64,000 nucleotides of DNA from Tetramitus jugosus (lineage: Eukaryota; Protista; Heterolobosea): contig OW569388.1 of assembly GCA_937625935.1 (NCBI GenBank), forward strand, positions 62,001 to 126,000. Direction: 5' to 3'. The notes under the pieces are model-generated. The model saw only the letters and a program-made list of their open reading frames with translations, was not told where the DNA came from and made no database searches. The number at the start of each line of letters is the position of its first letter. Position 1 is the stretch's first letter. Below, piece by piece: positions 39,643-51,621 of this stretch. Position numbers and translations under genes: made by a program.

Positions 39643-42468
39643 TTACGAGTCGTTTATTATTGCATGAACGATCTCCAGATGCTCAGATGCGAACTGATAC
39701 TCGCTTTGGAGGGACTGTATTACGGAAATAATCTTACTCTTTTGTTTCATAAGTTCACCAACTTGTTTCTCCTGCTCTTCTGTTTTCACATCGTACTTGT
39801 ACTGACTTCCTTTGAGAACCAGCTGGTACCTGCGAACCATTTCTTTGACCCGCTCCTTTTCGGCAGAGATCCTTGACTTCTCCACGTTCAGCATCTCAAT
39901 CTGATCTCTGAGCCTTTTCATTTCATTCTTCTCCAGCGACACCTGTTGTTCAGCTTGCTGTATTTGCATGGCCGCTTCTTCAGCCTCTTGTTGGTACTTT
40001 CGAATCTGATTGAATGTTTTCTGTGATGCTTGTTTCCGTTTCTCGACTTCTTGATTCAGCTGAACCTCCTGTCGATAGATATTGGCCTTTGTATTTGTTT
40101 GTTTCTTATTTACAGTGACTTGAGATTTACCCTTAATCAAAATTACATCCTTTTTCGCTACGCACTTTTCCATTTCGGCAATCTTTTGTTTCGATTGTCG
40201 TTGTAACTCTTCCAAGCGCTGCTTCATGATGTGAATCTCCTTTTTCATACGTGAAATCTCTTCCTGACCTACTTCTGGATCAAGTGCATCCTGAATCTCC
40301 TTCTGAATCTCAATCTTCTTGTTCCAGGCCATAATCTGTCTCTCTACATCAATCAACTCATCCAACAAATCCTTCTTCTCCTCCTTGATTCGTTCAATAT
40401 TGGCCTCCATCTCTAGGCATTCAGTTTCTCTCTTCTTCAATCGATCCAATATTTCATTCTGTTTTCCATAGTTACTGTCTGCGAGAATCTGTTGCAACTG
40501 AGCATTCTTTGATATCAATTGATTCAATTTTACCAAATCGTGATGCATCTGATTCATCTCAATGCACAGTACCTTGTACTCTTGTTGCTCCTGTTCCGAT
40601 CCACTCTCTAATCTCTTTCTCTTTTGAGTGAGAACACTCTGCTTACTCTGAATATTTTGCAATAAGAGAGACAATTGTTCACTCTCGAACACCAAGCTAA
40701 CGAGCTCTGTCTGTGACTTGGTCCAATCTCTTTTAAACTGCTCATTCGATTTCAACTTTTCATTAATTGCCTTGTTGATGTTATGAATCATGGCTTCGAG
40801 AGGTCCAAAATTTTCTTCTTGTTGGTTGCTCGTTAATTTCTCATACAAGCGATTCAACTTATCCAAATGGTTCTGTTTCCTCTCAATTTCATCATGCCTT
40901 CTCCTAATCTCACTCTCATACTTTTCAATCAAAATATCTTTTTGTTGAATATCTTTCTCCAGTTCATCCACAATGGAATTCAATGCCTTATTGTGATCAT
41001 TTGTTTGCAGTTCATCAACTCGAATCCTTGCTAATTCATTTTCGAGCTGAGAGGCTGACAATTCCTTATCTCTAATCAAGTCCTTCTTCTTTTGTATAGA
41101 GTTCAGAGTGCTTTGATAGTCTTTTTGAAAAGTTGTTTGTTCACTGAACAATTGAAGCAACCCATTCTCAAGCTCTCGAATTTCGTTCGAGGTCTTAGCA
41201 ATTTTCGCCTCCACTGAAGCAATCTCAATATTGATGAGCTTTGACTGCTGTTCCTCTTTCCTAGTTTGCTCTTCAGTTTGATCTAAAGTTGTTTTAAATG
41301 ATTGATATTGGTTATGTTTTTCGAGCAGAGTCTTTGAGATATGATCCAACCTAGTATCCATGTATTTCTTTTCGTTCTCATGCTTGATCAATACGCTGGT
41401 CAATCTTTCATTCTTGTCTTTCTCAATGTTGATTGTTGCCCGATAGCCTTCAATTTCATTATGAATCTCCTTGATCTGCTCCTTTTGTAATCGCAATCCC
41501 TGTTCTGTAGCTTGAAGAGCTTGATCTCTGCGCTGCATGCCCACGTGACTACTCTTCCATTGTTGTATCAATCCCTTCTTCTCGAATCGAGTTGCCTCCA
41601 TCTCGCTTGTTGCTTCAGATAGTAGTTGCTTTGCAATGTCCTTCTCTCCCAACTGTTCCTTAATCTGTGTCTCATAGATGCCAATTTGTTTTTGCAAGTC
41701 TTTCACTTGTGCATTCATTCTGTCAATCAAGATATCCTGATCCTTCTTATCTTTTTCAATCTTTTCCATCTCTTCTTCAGTTTTATAAGTTTTCCTTCGC
41801 TTCACAGCAATATCAGAAACGATTTGTTCATGATACTTCTCTACTCTGATTAACTTTGCAGAAATCTTATCCAATTCGACTTGATACTCATAGACTAAAA
41901 CCAACATGTAAATCCAGTACTCTTGTTCACCAACACATCGAAGAAATCACTTACATCTCTTTCTTTGCATTTCCAATGTTGCTTTTCGTTGATTGGCAGA
42001 CTCAGAGTATTGATTCTTCTTTTTCTCAGCCTCTTCTCTCAGACCCTGTATCATATGAAAATGGTCATGATATCTCTCCAAATTCTCTTGTAATTTGGCC
42101 AGTTGCTGCTGCACAGTGTACAACTCCACACCAACATTTTCCCTGAAAGTGCTAGACTTTTTAATTTTGTCCTCCTACACACATGCAGCAGGATGAGTGA
42201 GCTTAGTGACACTGATAAGTATGAACAAAAACTTAACTTACAGTCTCTTTGATATTCAACAAGAGTTCTTCGTTTTGTCTAGACAATTGTTCAGTGATTC
42301 GTTCTTGGACCGTCCTTAGAATGGGCTGTATGATGCATATTCAGAAATCGTGGTCAGAATGAGGATATCATCCATGTTTCAAGAAAGTGTTCAATACAGC
42401 ATACATACTGAATTGGGATCCATGGCTGCTAGAGCCTCAATCATGGATTCATTGTTTGTTCCCTCCAT
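39643..42468 (-). CDS. CCDC40: Coiled-coil domain-containing protein 40 (axonemal ruler, FAP172); 4 exons
   Basis: Exons 42468-42409, 42325-42242, 42174-41955 and 41894-39643, all GT-AG and in frame. Motifs GVELYTVQQQLAKLQ, QDILID, QQWKSS..GMQRRD, GPLEAMIHN and GQEEISRMKKEIHIM. Confidence 0.85.
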
Positions 42469-42650
42469 GTTTTAGCTAATGTTCTCTGTCTCTCTCAAAT
42501 GGTTTCCTGTTAATTTGTCGGCGGGTCATTGGCGCGAAACGAATCTACAGCTTTCGTCCTATCCGTTGTTCCCGCATTCAGGGCTTCGAGCAATTTTCTT
42601 TTTGGCGGTCACTGAATCGGTCACCAAACGATCATTATTTCAAATCTCCA
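42469..42650. promoter_or_regulatory. Putative bidirectional promoter between CCDC40 and NME5 with E2F-like CG motifs
   Basis: 182-bp gap between divergent ATGs. Contains GGCGCGAAA (42531), TTCCCGC (42569) and TTTGGCGG (42601). Confidence 0.55.
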
Positions 42651-43388
42651 ATGAAGATAGAATTTGATACGAGTAGGGATGTTCAAAAGACCCTGGGCTT
42701 GATAAAACCTGATGCGGTTGACTTGGGGTTCGAAGACGAGATTAAGGAAAGAATCGTGAGTGAGGGATTCACGATTATCCGATCACAGAAGCTCACTCTG
42801 TCCAGAGAGAAAGCAAGTCTGTTCTACCGGGAACACGATGGAAAACCGTTCTTTGAAGGTTTGCTCGACTTTATGACCAGTGGTCCAATTGTTGTGCTGG
42901 TACTGAGCAGACATGATGCGATCAGAGAGTGGCGAACACTCATGGGACCCACTGATGTGAACCTTGCCAAAGAAACACTTCCTAAATCGTTGAGAGCCCT
43001 CTATGGCACAAGCAAGACCTACAATGCCGTTCATGGCAGTGATTCTGTCAATAGTGCAAGAAGAGAGATCAAATTCTTTTATCCTAACAGTAAGTAACGC
43101 TACTCTATAGATACTGTTGTTTGTTGATTATTGACACTGTCCTCTTATTGCCCTGTCGCAGTGAATGTGGATCCAATCCCTTCGAAACAAGAATCGAGAG
43201 ACTATGTACAACAAGAATTGAATACAATATTAATCCAAGCACTGACTCAACTCGCCAAAGAGAAACCAAAGGATCCTGTCCAATGGTTGGCCACATGGCT
43301 GTTGAACAACAATCCAAACAAGCCAAAGATAACAGAATCAATAACTCCTATGATAATTGAAGAGGAGAGTGATGATGAAAAGGAATAA
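42651..43388 (+). CDS. NME5: Nucleoside diphosphate kinase with C-terminal Dpy-30 domain (NME5/RSP23 radial-spoke type); 2 exons
   Basis: TLGLIKPDAV, FMTSGP, SLRALYG and NAVHGSDS. Intron 43090-43161 (GTAAGT...CAG) leads to the Dpy-30 motif LIQALTQLAKEKPKDPVQWLATWLL. Confidence 0.9.
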
Positions 43389-43504
43389 GTAATAACACCA
43401 GGCGAGACTATCGAACCTGTGGCTCTGTAATCAGGTACATAATGATCGATACAAGATCAGTAAAACTACATACAAATAATCTGATTACAAAATCTGTATT
43501 TTTG

Positions 43505-46500
43505 TTAATCACCGCTCCCCATGATCGAAGGATTGAACTGCAGAAAGTCATGCAACTTTTTGCCATTGCTCTTTCCACAAACTTCTTGCAGTTCTTCTAG
43601 CGTCTTCTGACTCAAATCATACAAGCTTCTCACATTCGTCATCACCTTGTAGACATTCTGTTCATTGATGCCTGGTAATCTCTTTAGAAACTCAATTGCA
43701 CTGGAGGAAGCAGCTTGATCATCGTCTTGATCGGCCTCTGCAGAACCAATAGCTTGAGCTGTCACGGGATCAGGCTCTAATTCCTCTTCATCATTCGCAG
43801 CAGCATCATACCCTAGTTGCTTGATACGATTCTTGTTGCTGTTTGCTGCAGTATGTTGTGCTTTGAGCATCAGAAACATTTGTGCAGTGAAACCTGGTGA
43901 GCGACTCCAGAGCAATTTTAACTTGGGGAAATGAATTGTGAGAAGAACAAGCTTGCTGCTCATGAGATTGCCATCAATCTCTCTCCTATACTCCCATCGA
44001 TTGGTTAACACAAATGATTGTTTCTCCTCGAATTGTATCAACAGAGCTGCCTGTGGATAGTGTTTGAGCATGCTGTTCGCCTGTGTGAACAGACGACCAC
44101 TGGAGAAACTCTGCCAGAGATCAGACGTAGACTTTCTCTCCACGCACAAACTACGAGTCACTATATAATCACCAACTGATATCTGAACGGGAATAACTTG
44201 AATACCGTGCATGTTCAACAGTGAAGGCAATGTGCTTCTAAACTCTCTTGCATCGACAATCACAGTAGGTGCCTTCTTCCTTCCTGAGGAAGTTCGATCA
44301 AGGCTACTACTGGCTCCACCAGCACGCCTCGTCGAAAGTGACGACGATTGATTTGCAGAACCTTGTTGCTGCTGTTGTTGTTGCTGCTGATGGTACTGCG
44401 AGAGGAGCGAATCAACTGAAGGTATCGCCAACTTGGCCTTCTGCTTAATGAGATGCTTGAAGCACTCTGTCTCTCTCTGTACAGAAGAAACGTATTGCAC
44501 GTGCTCTACACTCTCTTCTGAGAACATGATCATGTATAGTCTCAGTGGCATACCTGGATTCAATGCCTTGAACATCTCTGCTCTTCTCAAATACTCGACA
44601 TCGGAATCATAGAGAATGACAAACGATGGTCGATGCATGTGAAACAACCTGTATGCGTCACTCGAGTCAAACGATTCAATAATCAACTGAATAGAACCTG
44701 CTCTGTTACTCTCACTATTATCACTACTGCTACTACTGCTACCGCTACTATTACTATTACTACTCACCTGAGCTGTAGAGGATGAATGAGAACCGATAAT
44801 CTCAAAATAATCATCCAGTTTCATTTTACTATCGTCATCATAATTATGTTGCTGCTGCTGTTGCTTGATTTCCTCCTCCAGTATCAAATGCTGACCCAGT
44901 GCTTGCATCTCTTGTAGTTTACTCAATGGATGATGATGACTCTCATCTCTTGTTGTTTCACTCTGTTGTCTCTTTCTCTTCCTCTGGTTACCAAAGAGAG
45001 TAGCAGTAGCAGTAGTCGTACTACGTAATGACGAGGAAAGACTTTGCTTTCCACTGTTTTTCCTCTTGGTTGTCGCTTTGGTTGTTTTTGTCACTTTTTG
45101 CTGTTTGGGTACTGCAGGAGGTGACTTGCTATTCTTCTTGCTATTCTTATTACTATTACTATACTGATTGCTGTGATACGATTGATAATAAGTGTTACTA
45201 GTTGTATTGTTAGTATTGAGTAATGTAGATTGTTGTTGAGATTGCATGTATTGACTGTGAAACATTCCCTTCATGATTCTGTGCAGGAATCTGTGACTGC
45301 CCATGGTCAAGAATTGATTCAATTGTATACATGTCTTGTCATCTCTTGCCAACAATAACACTCGATTCGATAATCTGTTATTATTAGTATTAGTATTAGT
45401 ATTATTATTGTTATTAGTGTTGGTATTGTTGTTGATATTGTTGTTCGTGTGATCCAACAATGATTCAATCTCATCCAACACATCATTCAACACTTGCCAT
45501 TTCGGACTCTGTTCCAACACTAACTTTGGTATGAATTGTGGTTGCTGTTGTTCACTAGCATTGTTAGTCGTAGTAGTAGTAGCAGTGTTATTGTTATTGT
45601 TGTTGTTATTGTTGTTTGGATACATTTGAGTCAATGTTTGTTGCTGTTGCTGTTGCTGTTGCTGCATTGTGAGATTATCGAGTGGTTGTGGAACAAATGT
45701 GTACAGTCTGTGTTTTGCATGAACAAAAATCTCATTGGCCTCATCACTCAACAACCAACTGTAACTATTCACTACATCACCCTTGTTACCACTACTACTA
45801 CTACCACCACCATAACTACCACTTCCATAACTACTACTAGTATGACTACTACTAGTATGACTACTCAACGTCTTCAATGATTGTAAATAATTGTAAAATG
45901 TGACACAATCATAACGAATCAAATAAAACAACAATCGTCTCAACTCTTTCAAATTATCAATCAATTGTTTGGTTGATTTGCCTACAGTGTTCCACACTGG
46001 CATCAAATAATTGCGAATCATTCGATCATATGGTGTCAAATAACTCACTCTACTATTATTATTACTACTATTATTATTATTACCACTATTACTATTATCA
46101 TTATTATTACTACTACTACTACTATTACTACTACTATTGTTACTTGACAACAACAAGAGAGAATCATGACAGTGTTGTAATGATGGATGCATGTATATCA
46201 ATTGATTCAGCACTCCATTCATCAATCGTACGATACATGATTCAATCTGTTTCATGAGATGTGTCATTGGTTCATGAATCTCTACAATGTCAGGCTCACC
46301 ATACAATTCTAGATCCTGAATGACTTGTAATCGGAATCTGGGCCACAGATTCAAATGCTGTACCATTAACAGTTTCATATTGTTTTCAATGGATTGATTT
46401 CTATTATTGTTATTGTTATTCTGATGAGGTGCAGTAGTAGTAGAGTTTGTTGATGTGGTAGTTGTGGTGGCATGAGTATAGAATGGAGAATAGTGTGATG

Positions 46501-47263
46501 CTTCTTGTGTAAATGCTCTAATAAAAATCTTGTATGACGATTGAGATGATGATGATACAGTGGATGACATAGATGTTTGTTGTTGATATTGTTGTTGATG
46601 ATGATATTGTTGTTCCAATTGTCTCAAATGACGAACAATAAAACTGATATTGTGTGATTCGTCCTGTACGAGATGACTATTGTAAATGATGAGTCCTCTG
46701 ATGCGATCAATGGGCAACAATCGAGACAATAAATCAACAATTAATATTCTACTTGTAATGAACAATACTTGACACGAGTATGCTCCTCCTATATCCATAT
46801 TGTTGTTATTTCTACTACTCTGACTATTTTGACTACCACTACTACTACTATTATTATTAATATTATTATTAGTTGTTGTTGTTGTTGTTGATGTTGTATA
46901 AATTTGTTTTCGTTCAGCAGTAGTAAATTGTGAAGTAATGTATTTGGGTAGGTGCATCCATGATATTCCCTGTTCTAACAATGAATGACACATGTAATGA
47001 TACAGTGATCCACCACCACCACCACTACTCTCACTGCTCATACTATCACAATCCAATACAATAATCACTTGTTGTTGTTGTTGTTGTTGAAGATATGTAG
47101 TAGTTGATGTTGTAGTAGTTGTAGTAGGTGATGACATGTATGATTTGATCATGACTGAAATGACTTGTTCCAATTGGAGTCCCTTGGCACAAACAGTCAA
47201 ACAATTGTTGTATTCCAATATTTGATTCAACATTTGAATCTGAAAGGGTAACAGAGAAGCCAT
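43505..47263 (-). CDS. ERCC4: DNA repair endonuclease XPF/ERCC4/Rad1
   Basis: LLPFQ start, TSRILIVDLL, LWPRF, LEQSPKW, VIVDAREFRS, GDY, ERKSTSDL, LHFPKL-like LTIHFPKLKLLWSRSP and HhH region LKRLPGI. ATG at 47263. Confidence 0.93.
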   Translation of the reverse strand: MASLLPFQIQMLNQILEYNNCLTVCAKGLQLEQVISVMIKSYMSSPTTTTTTSTTTYLQQQQQQQVIIVLDCDSMSSESSGGGGGSLYHYMCHSLLEQGISWMHLPKYITSQFTTAERKQIYTTSTTTTTTNNNINNNSSSSGSQNSQSSRNNNNMDIGGAYSCQVLFITSRILIVDLLSRLLPIDRIRGLIIYNSHLVQDESHNISFIVRHLRQLEQQYHHQQQYQQQTSMSSTVSSSSQSSYKIFIRAFTQEASHYSPFYTHATTTTTSTNSTTTAPHQNNNNNNRNQSIENNMKLLMVQHLNLWPRFRLQVIQDLELYGEPDIVEIHEPMTHLMKQIESCIVRLMNGVLNQLIYMHPSLQHCHDSLLLLSSNNSSSNSSSSSNNNDNSNSGNNNNSSNNNSRVSYLTPYDRMIRNYLMPVWNTVGKSTKQLIDNLKELRRLLFYLIRYDCVTFYNYLQSLKTLSSHTSSSHTSSSYGSGSYGGGSSSSGNKGDVVNSYSWLLSDEANEIFVHAKHRLYTFVPQPLDNLTMQQQQQQQQQTLTQMYPNNNNNNNNNNTATTTTTNNASEQQQPQFIPKLVLEQSPKWQVLNDVLDEIESLLDHTNNNINNNTNTNNNNNTNTNTNNNRLSNRVLLLARDDKTCIQLNQFLTMGSHRFLHRIMKGMFHSQYMQSQQQSTLLNTNNTTSNTYYQSYHSNQYSNSNKNSKKNSKSPPAVPKQQKVTKTTKATTKRKNSGKQSLSSSLRSTTTATATLFGNQRKRKRQQSETTRDESHHHPLSKLQEMQALGQHLILEEEIKQQQQQHNYDDDSKMKLDDYFEIIGSHSSSTAQVSSNSNSSGSSSSSSDNSESNRAGSIQLIIESFDSSDAYRLFHMHRPSFVILYDSDVEYLRRAEMFKALNPGMPLRLYMIMFSEESVEHVQYVSSVQRETECFKHLIKQKAKLAIPSVDSLLSQYHQQQQQQQQQGSANQSSSLSTRRAGGASSSLDRTSSGRKKAPTVIVDAREFRSTLPSLLNMHGIQVIPVQISVGDYIVTRSLCVERKSTSDLWQSFSSGRLFTQANSMLKHYPQAALLIQFEEKQSFVLTNRWEYRREIDGNLMSSKLVLLTIHFPKLKLLWSRSPGFTAQMFLMLKAQHTAANSNKNRIKQLGYDAAANDEEELEPDPVTAQAIGSAEADQDDDQAASSSAIEFLKRLPGINEQNVYKVMTNVRSLYDLSQKTLEELQEVCGKSNGKKLHDFLQFNPSIMGSGD

Positions 47264-47430
47264 TTGATTGATTCTTGTATTTGTTTGTGATTGCAATGAT
47301 CGATCTCGAGTGCTTGTTTTTTCTCGAACTTTCAACAAGAGATTGAACATTCAATCATTGCTGTGAAATTTGACCAAACCAAAAAAAACTTGATTGCAAC
47401 ACAACAACAACTACTTGCACGTCGAGAAAA

Positions 47431-48945
47431 ATGGACACCAATGAACAACCACAACAAATTCAAATTCTAAGAGCCAATCTATTGCCTCTTCTACAACCCA
47501 AATCACCTACAACATCACCTACAACATCCTCCTATCTACTACCAGGCAGTTCCATTCACTCCAATCAACTCATTATTCAATCCTATGGTGGTCAAACACT
47601 GTACATGATTGATCACGTATACATTTACAAGATTCAATTATCATCATCACCACTGTCATCTTCATCCACCACCTATGAATTCATGCCAACAAAGAATCCC
47701 ATGATTCCATTCCCATTCCACTCTCCATCCATGATTCAATCCATGGAATGCGTATTTACTCATCCTGATTATTTCACTTCTAATAGTACTCATTCTAATA
47801 GTACGATTCGATGGAGTCACATACAACATGATCAAGTACATGATCGAATGGCATGTGTAGATGAGAATGGTCAATTGTTTTTATTTGAATTCACTAACAG
47901 TAGTCATCATGAGAATGATCATAACAACAATACTACCAATGAGAATGATGAACAAGAGGAACAAGAGGAACATGAGGAACAAGAGGAACAAGACAATAAT
48001 AAGAGGACAAAGAGACAAAAGAATGAAAATAGAATTCATCCCACTCTCATTTACAATATCAATTCATCATCATCATCACCATCTACTACTGACAGTACTA
48101 CTACTGACAGTACTACTACTAATCAACATGCAAATCATGGTGAATTGGGATGGTGTAACGTGTCATTTGATGCCATTGATTCTAATTTGATTTATATTGC
48201 AAGACACTGGTACAGAGATGTCATTGTTCTCAACGTGAAATCCACTCCTACCATTGTTCATGTGATTCACACGAGTCAGAGACCAACAGCCATTCATGCA
48301 TTCCCTATTCAAAGTAGTGGTACTTTAGTGAATCAAAAGAATAACAATGGTGCTGTTGCAGCATCATCTTATTTGGCAGTTGCAGAGACCAATGTAGTCA
48401 TGATTTATCACATTGAACAATCATCATCTTCATGTGATAAATCATCCATTGTCATCAAATGTGTGACTAGTGTTGCCAAGTGCAGAGGAACCATTTATTC
48501 CATTACGAGTGATTACAAGGCTCATCAGCAGACGAAGAAGCATGCCAATTGTTTGGCTGTGACGGGATCTGATCGAACCATTTACCTGTTTGACACAAAA
48601 AAGTGGGCACCGAGAGCCAAGTGGCAAAATGCAATCAAGTACTCTCCCAGTTGGATTCAAATGTCATTGCCATCCAACAGTAGCGCTGTTGATTCTGCTT
48701 CTCTGATCTATGTTGCAGGTATTGACAATAGTGAACTCAAGTGTGGTCAATCCATATTGAATCAATCCATCAACAAGAGATCCATTGGAAACAATAGCAA
48801 CAGCATCTATGCAGATAGTCGATGGTTGGGATTGGCTCACTATCAATCACCAACATCTGGTCAGGAGATGATTGTGGGCTTGAGTCAGAGTGGAGGTCTC
48901 TATGTCATTCTCAATCCTAATCTATCGGCCATTGCTGCTCAGTAA
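47431..48945 (+). CDS. Probable WD40/beta-propeller-like protein
   Basis: 504-aa ORF with beta-rich blades (LAVTGSDRTIYLFD, MACVDENGQLFLFE, GLSQSGGLYV) separated by low-complexity loops. Confidence 0.6.
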   Translation: MDTNEQPQQIQILRANLLPLLQPKSPTTSPTTSSYLLPGSSIHSNQLIIQSYGGQTLYMIDHVYIYKIQLSSSPLSSSSTTYEFMPTKNPMIPFPFHSPSMIQSMECVFTHPDYFTSNSTHSNSTIRWSHIQHDQVHDRMACVDENGQLFLFEFTNSSHHENDHNNNTTNENDEQEEQEEHEEQEEQDNNKRTKRQKNENRIHPTLIYNINSSSSSPSTTDSTTTDSTTTNQHANHGELGWCNVSFDAIDSNLIYIARHWYRDVIVLNVKSTPTIVHVIHTSQRPTAIHAFPIQSSGTLVNQKNNNGAVAASSYLAVAETNVVMIYHIEQSSSSCDKSSIVIKCVTSVAKCRGTIYSITSDYKAHQQTKKHANCLAVTGSDRTIYLFDTKKWAPRAKWQNAIKYSPSWIQMSLPSNSSAVDSASLIYVAGIDNSELKCGQSILNQSINKRSIGNNSNSIYADSRWLGLAHYQSPTSGQEMIVGLSQSGGLYVILNPNLSAIAAQ

Positions 48946-49011
48946 GAACTAGACCCAACGAAACAAGAATAAAAGACACTGGAGAAAACGAATGATCAAT
49001 ATTGTACACTT

Positions 49012-51430
49012 TTAATGTGAATCGATGATTAATCGGTCTACACCCATCATGGATGGTTGTTGCAATGATGGAACTGATTGTCTCAATCCGGTAAATGGCC
49101 TAACCATTGGTGGAACAGAAGGAACACCTACACTGCCAGTATTGTTGCCAAAGGTCGAAGTGTTGGTATTGGAAGCCGAGAGAAGTGCTTGTTGGTCCTT
49201 CAATTGTAACTTGCATTCTAGAATCCTATTCATGTTGTTCATCCACGAGATTTGTTTGAGTGCTGGTTCATAGTTCTCCTTGATCTCCCTCTGTTTATCT
49301 CTCAGTTCCTTACTGTCGTCCTCTAGTTTGGTCAACTCGGCTGTGAACATACTCTTATAGTCCTTAAAGTGGACATTCAATTGTTTCTTACCCTCTCGGA
49401 AGTCTCTTTCATCATCCACTCTCTTCTTTTGATTCTTATTAATCAAATATGTACAGTTAATTTGGTGATAAATACTCTCTGCCCTCTCGATATCAGCTTG
49501 AAGTTGGGCCATCTCATCCAAGTTCTTGTTTCGTTCTGACTCATACTCGATTCGAGTGTTCTCATACACAGCTTTCTTCTCTGAATACTCGTGCTCCAGG
49601 TTCTGCATCTCTTGTCGAGCTTCTCTGAGTTTAGAAACCTTTGGTTTGTAAAGGGCTTTCTTACTGTTGATCTGGTCATTAATTTCTTGTACAACCTTGG
49701 AGATTTGCTCCAGTGTCTGTCCTTTCAACTCATCAATGTTACCCTTGGCCATGGATACATGTTCTAAATTCTTCTGTACGTCTCTGAATCCAGAAACACC
49801 GTGTTTCTTCTCCAAATCTTGCAATAGGTCCTCGATGTTAGTATCCCTCGATTTTAGAATATCCTCTGTTCTTTTCAGGATAGCAGTCTCGTTCTTAATC
49901 AATGCTAGCTCTTGTTTCATTTCTCGACACTTATTAGCTGTATTCATAATATCAATTTTATACTTTTCGAATTCTTCCTTGGTTGGCACTTTCTTCCCCT
50001 CATATGTTTTTAACTCTTCCTCGAGCTCTGCCTTCTTGTCGTCTAACTTTTTCGATTCCTTAATGTAGTGATCCAATTTTTTCTGCAAGTCTTTCTTCTT
50101 TGCAATCATCATTTTACTAAAAGACATCATTCGGTCATCCCCTTCCACTTCTGTTTGATCTTTTTCGTTGTTTTTGTCTTGTAAAATAGATATCTCTTCC
50201 TTCAATCGTCTCATGTCGTTCTCGATAGTGTTAAACAAGTCTGATACTGAACTTAGATTTTTCACTTTCCTCAGAATATCTGATTGTACTTTGAGTTGTT
50301 CTATTGTGGATGGTAGTTGATGTTGGGACATCTGTTGGTATTGTTGAACCTGCTCTTCCAATTGAGTTACCCTAGATAGAATGTCTCCTTCACCAACATT
50401 CTTTTGAACTTCTTCTAGCTTAAGAATAGTTTCTGATAAGAGTTCTTGTGCAGCAGATAGCTTTGCTTTCTGATCGCGTTCACTCTGGGCCAATTTTTCC
50501 TCCGTCTCTACCTCCTTTCTTAATTCTCTGGTCATTTCAATGATTTTAGCAGGTTGAGTCTATTCATATGGAAGAAATGAGTGAGTTACTAATGAACGTC
50601 TTCCTCTTGAAAAAAATAAACATACTGTCATATCCTTGATTTTCTTCTTCAAGTCATCAATTTTGATTACAAGTTGATCTTTCTCCTTTTCTTGGGCGAT
50701 AATTTCATTCTTTAATTGATCGGGAGAAGATACTTTTCCTCTTAGGTCATGTACCACTTGATGTACTTGTTTGAACTGATCCAGTAGTTGTTTGTATTGA
50801 TTATACACCTCGGCGACATCTGTAAAGAACAGGTTAACAATTCCAATAATAGTTGAGTGACAAAAAACAACTTCTTACCATCAAAACTGAACAGTTCATT
50901 TGGTATTTTAACCTCTACCAGATATTTTGACAAATACACTTTTGTTTTGTAATCTTCAACTCGTTCTAGTATTTGGAAGAAAATGGGATACAGAATCTTT
51001 CGATCCCCATGTAACAAACCCTGAGAAAACTCTTGCCTATGATGACATTCGTGTCAATCTTTGAGCTAACAAAGAGAAAGAATCTTACATGTACATACGG
51101 TGGTATCTGTTTCACATATCTCATGTTCAAAATATTCGCTAGGAAATGTGTAACTCTTCTCACAGTATCCTCTGCACTCTCCTTTGATAAATCAACCCTC
51201 TGTTCCGGACTCAAATAGCTCAACAATTGTTGAAATAGAGGTAATAACTCTTGATTGTGAGTCAATTCATCAAAAGTAACCAATGTTAGCTTCAAATTCA
51301 ACACTTGGTTCAACTTGTTCACCATGAAGGCAATGTCATCTGATCCATGACCTCTGACTCGATTCAAACCAGAGGATGTCCCAGGTCTTCTGCCTGCACT
51401 ACTATTCAACATTGACCGAGCCGTCTCCAT
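49012..51430 (-). CDS. IFT81: Intraflagellar transport protein 81; 4 exons
   Basis: Exons 51430-51099, 51036-50879, 50819-50626 and 50559-49012, all GT-AG and in frame. N-terminal CH-like LTLVTFDEL, GDRKILYPI, VYLSKYL, GVSGFRDVQ..LE.VS and KGQTLEQIS. Confidence 0.9.
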
Positions 51431-51621
51431 TGTTGTGTCACAGTGCTGCTTTTCTCTTTGATTCGTAAATGTTTGCTGGCACTAATTTTGGCGCCAACAC
51501 AACACCCGCACAATCAAATATTGAAGCATGCAAAGAGAAATTTTTCGATCTTCCGAAACAAAAACAAAAACAACAACCCTCCATCCCAACCCTACTCACA
51601 ACAACCAACAGTAACCATCAC

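Noticed and set aside
45973-46257. Poly-Tyr ORF
   Set aside because: Antisense reading of the AAT/AGT (poly-N/S) tract in XPF.
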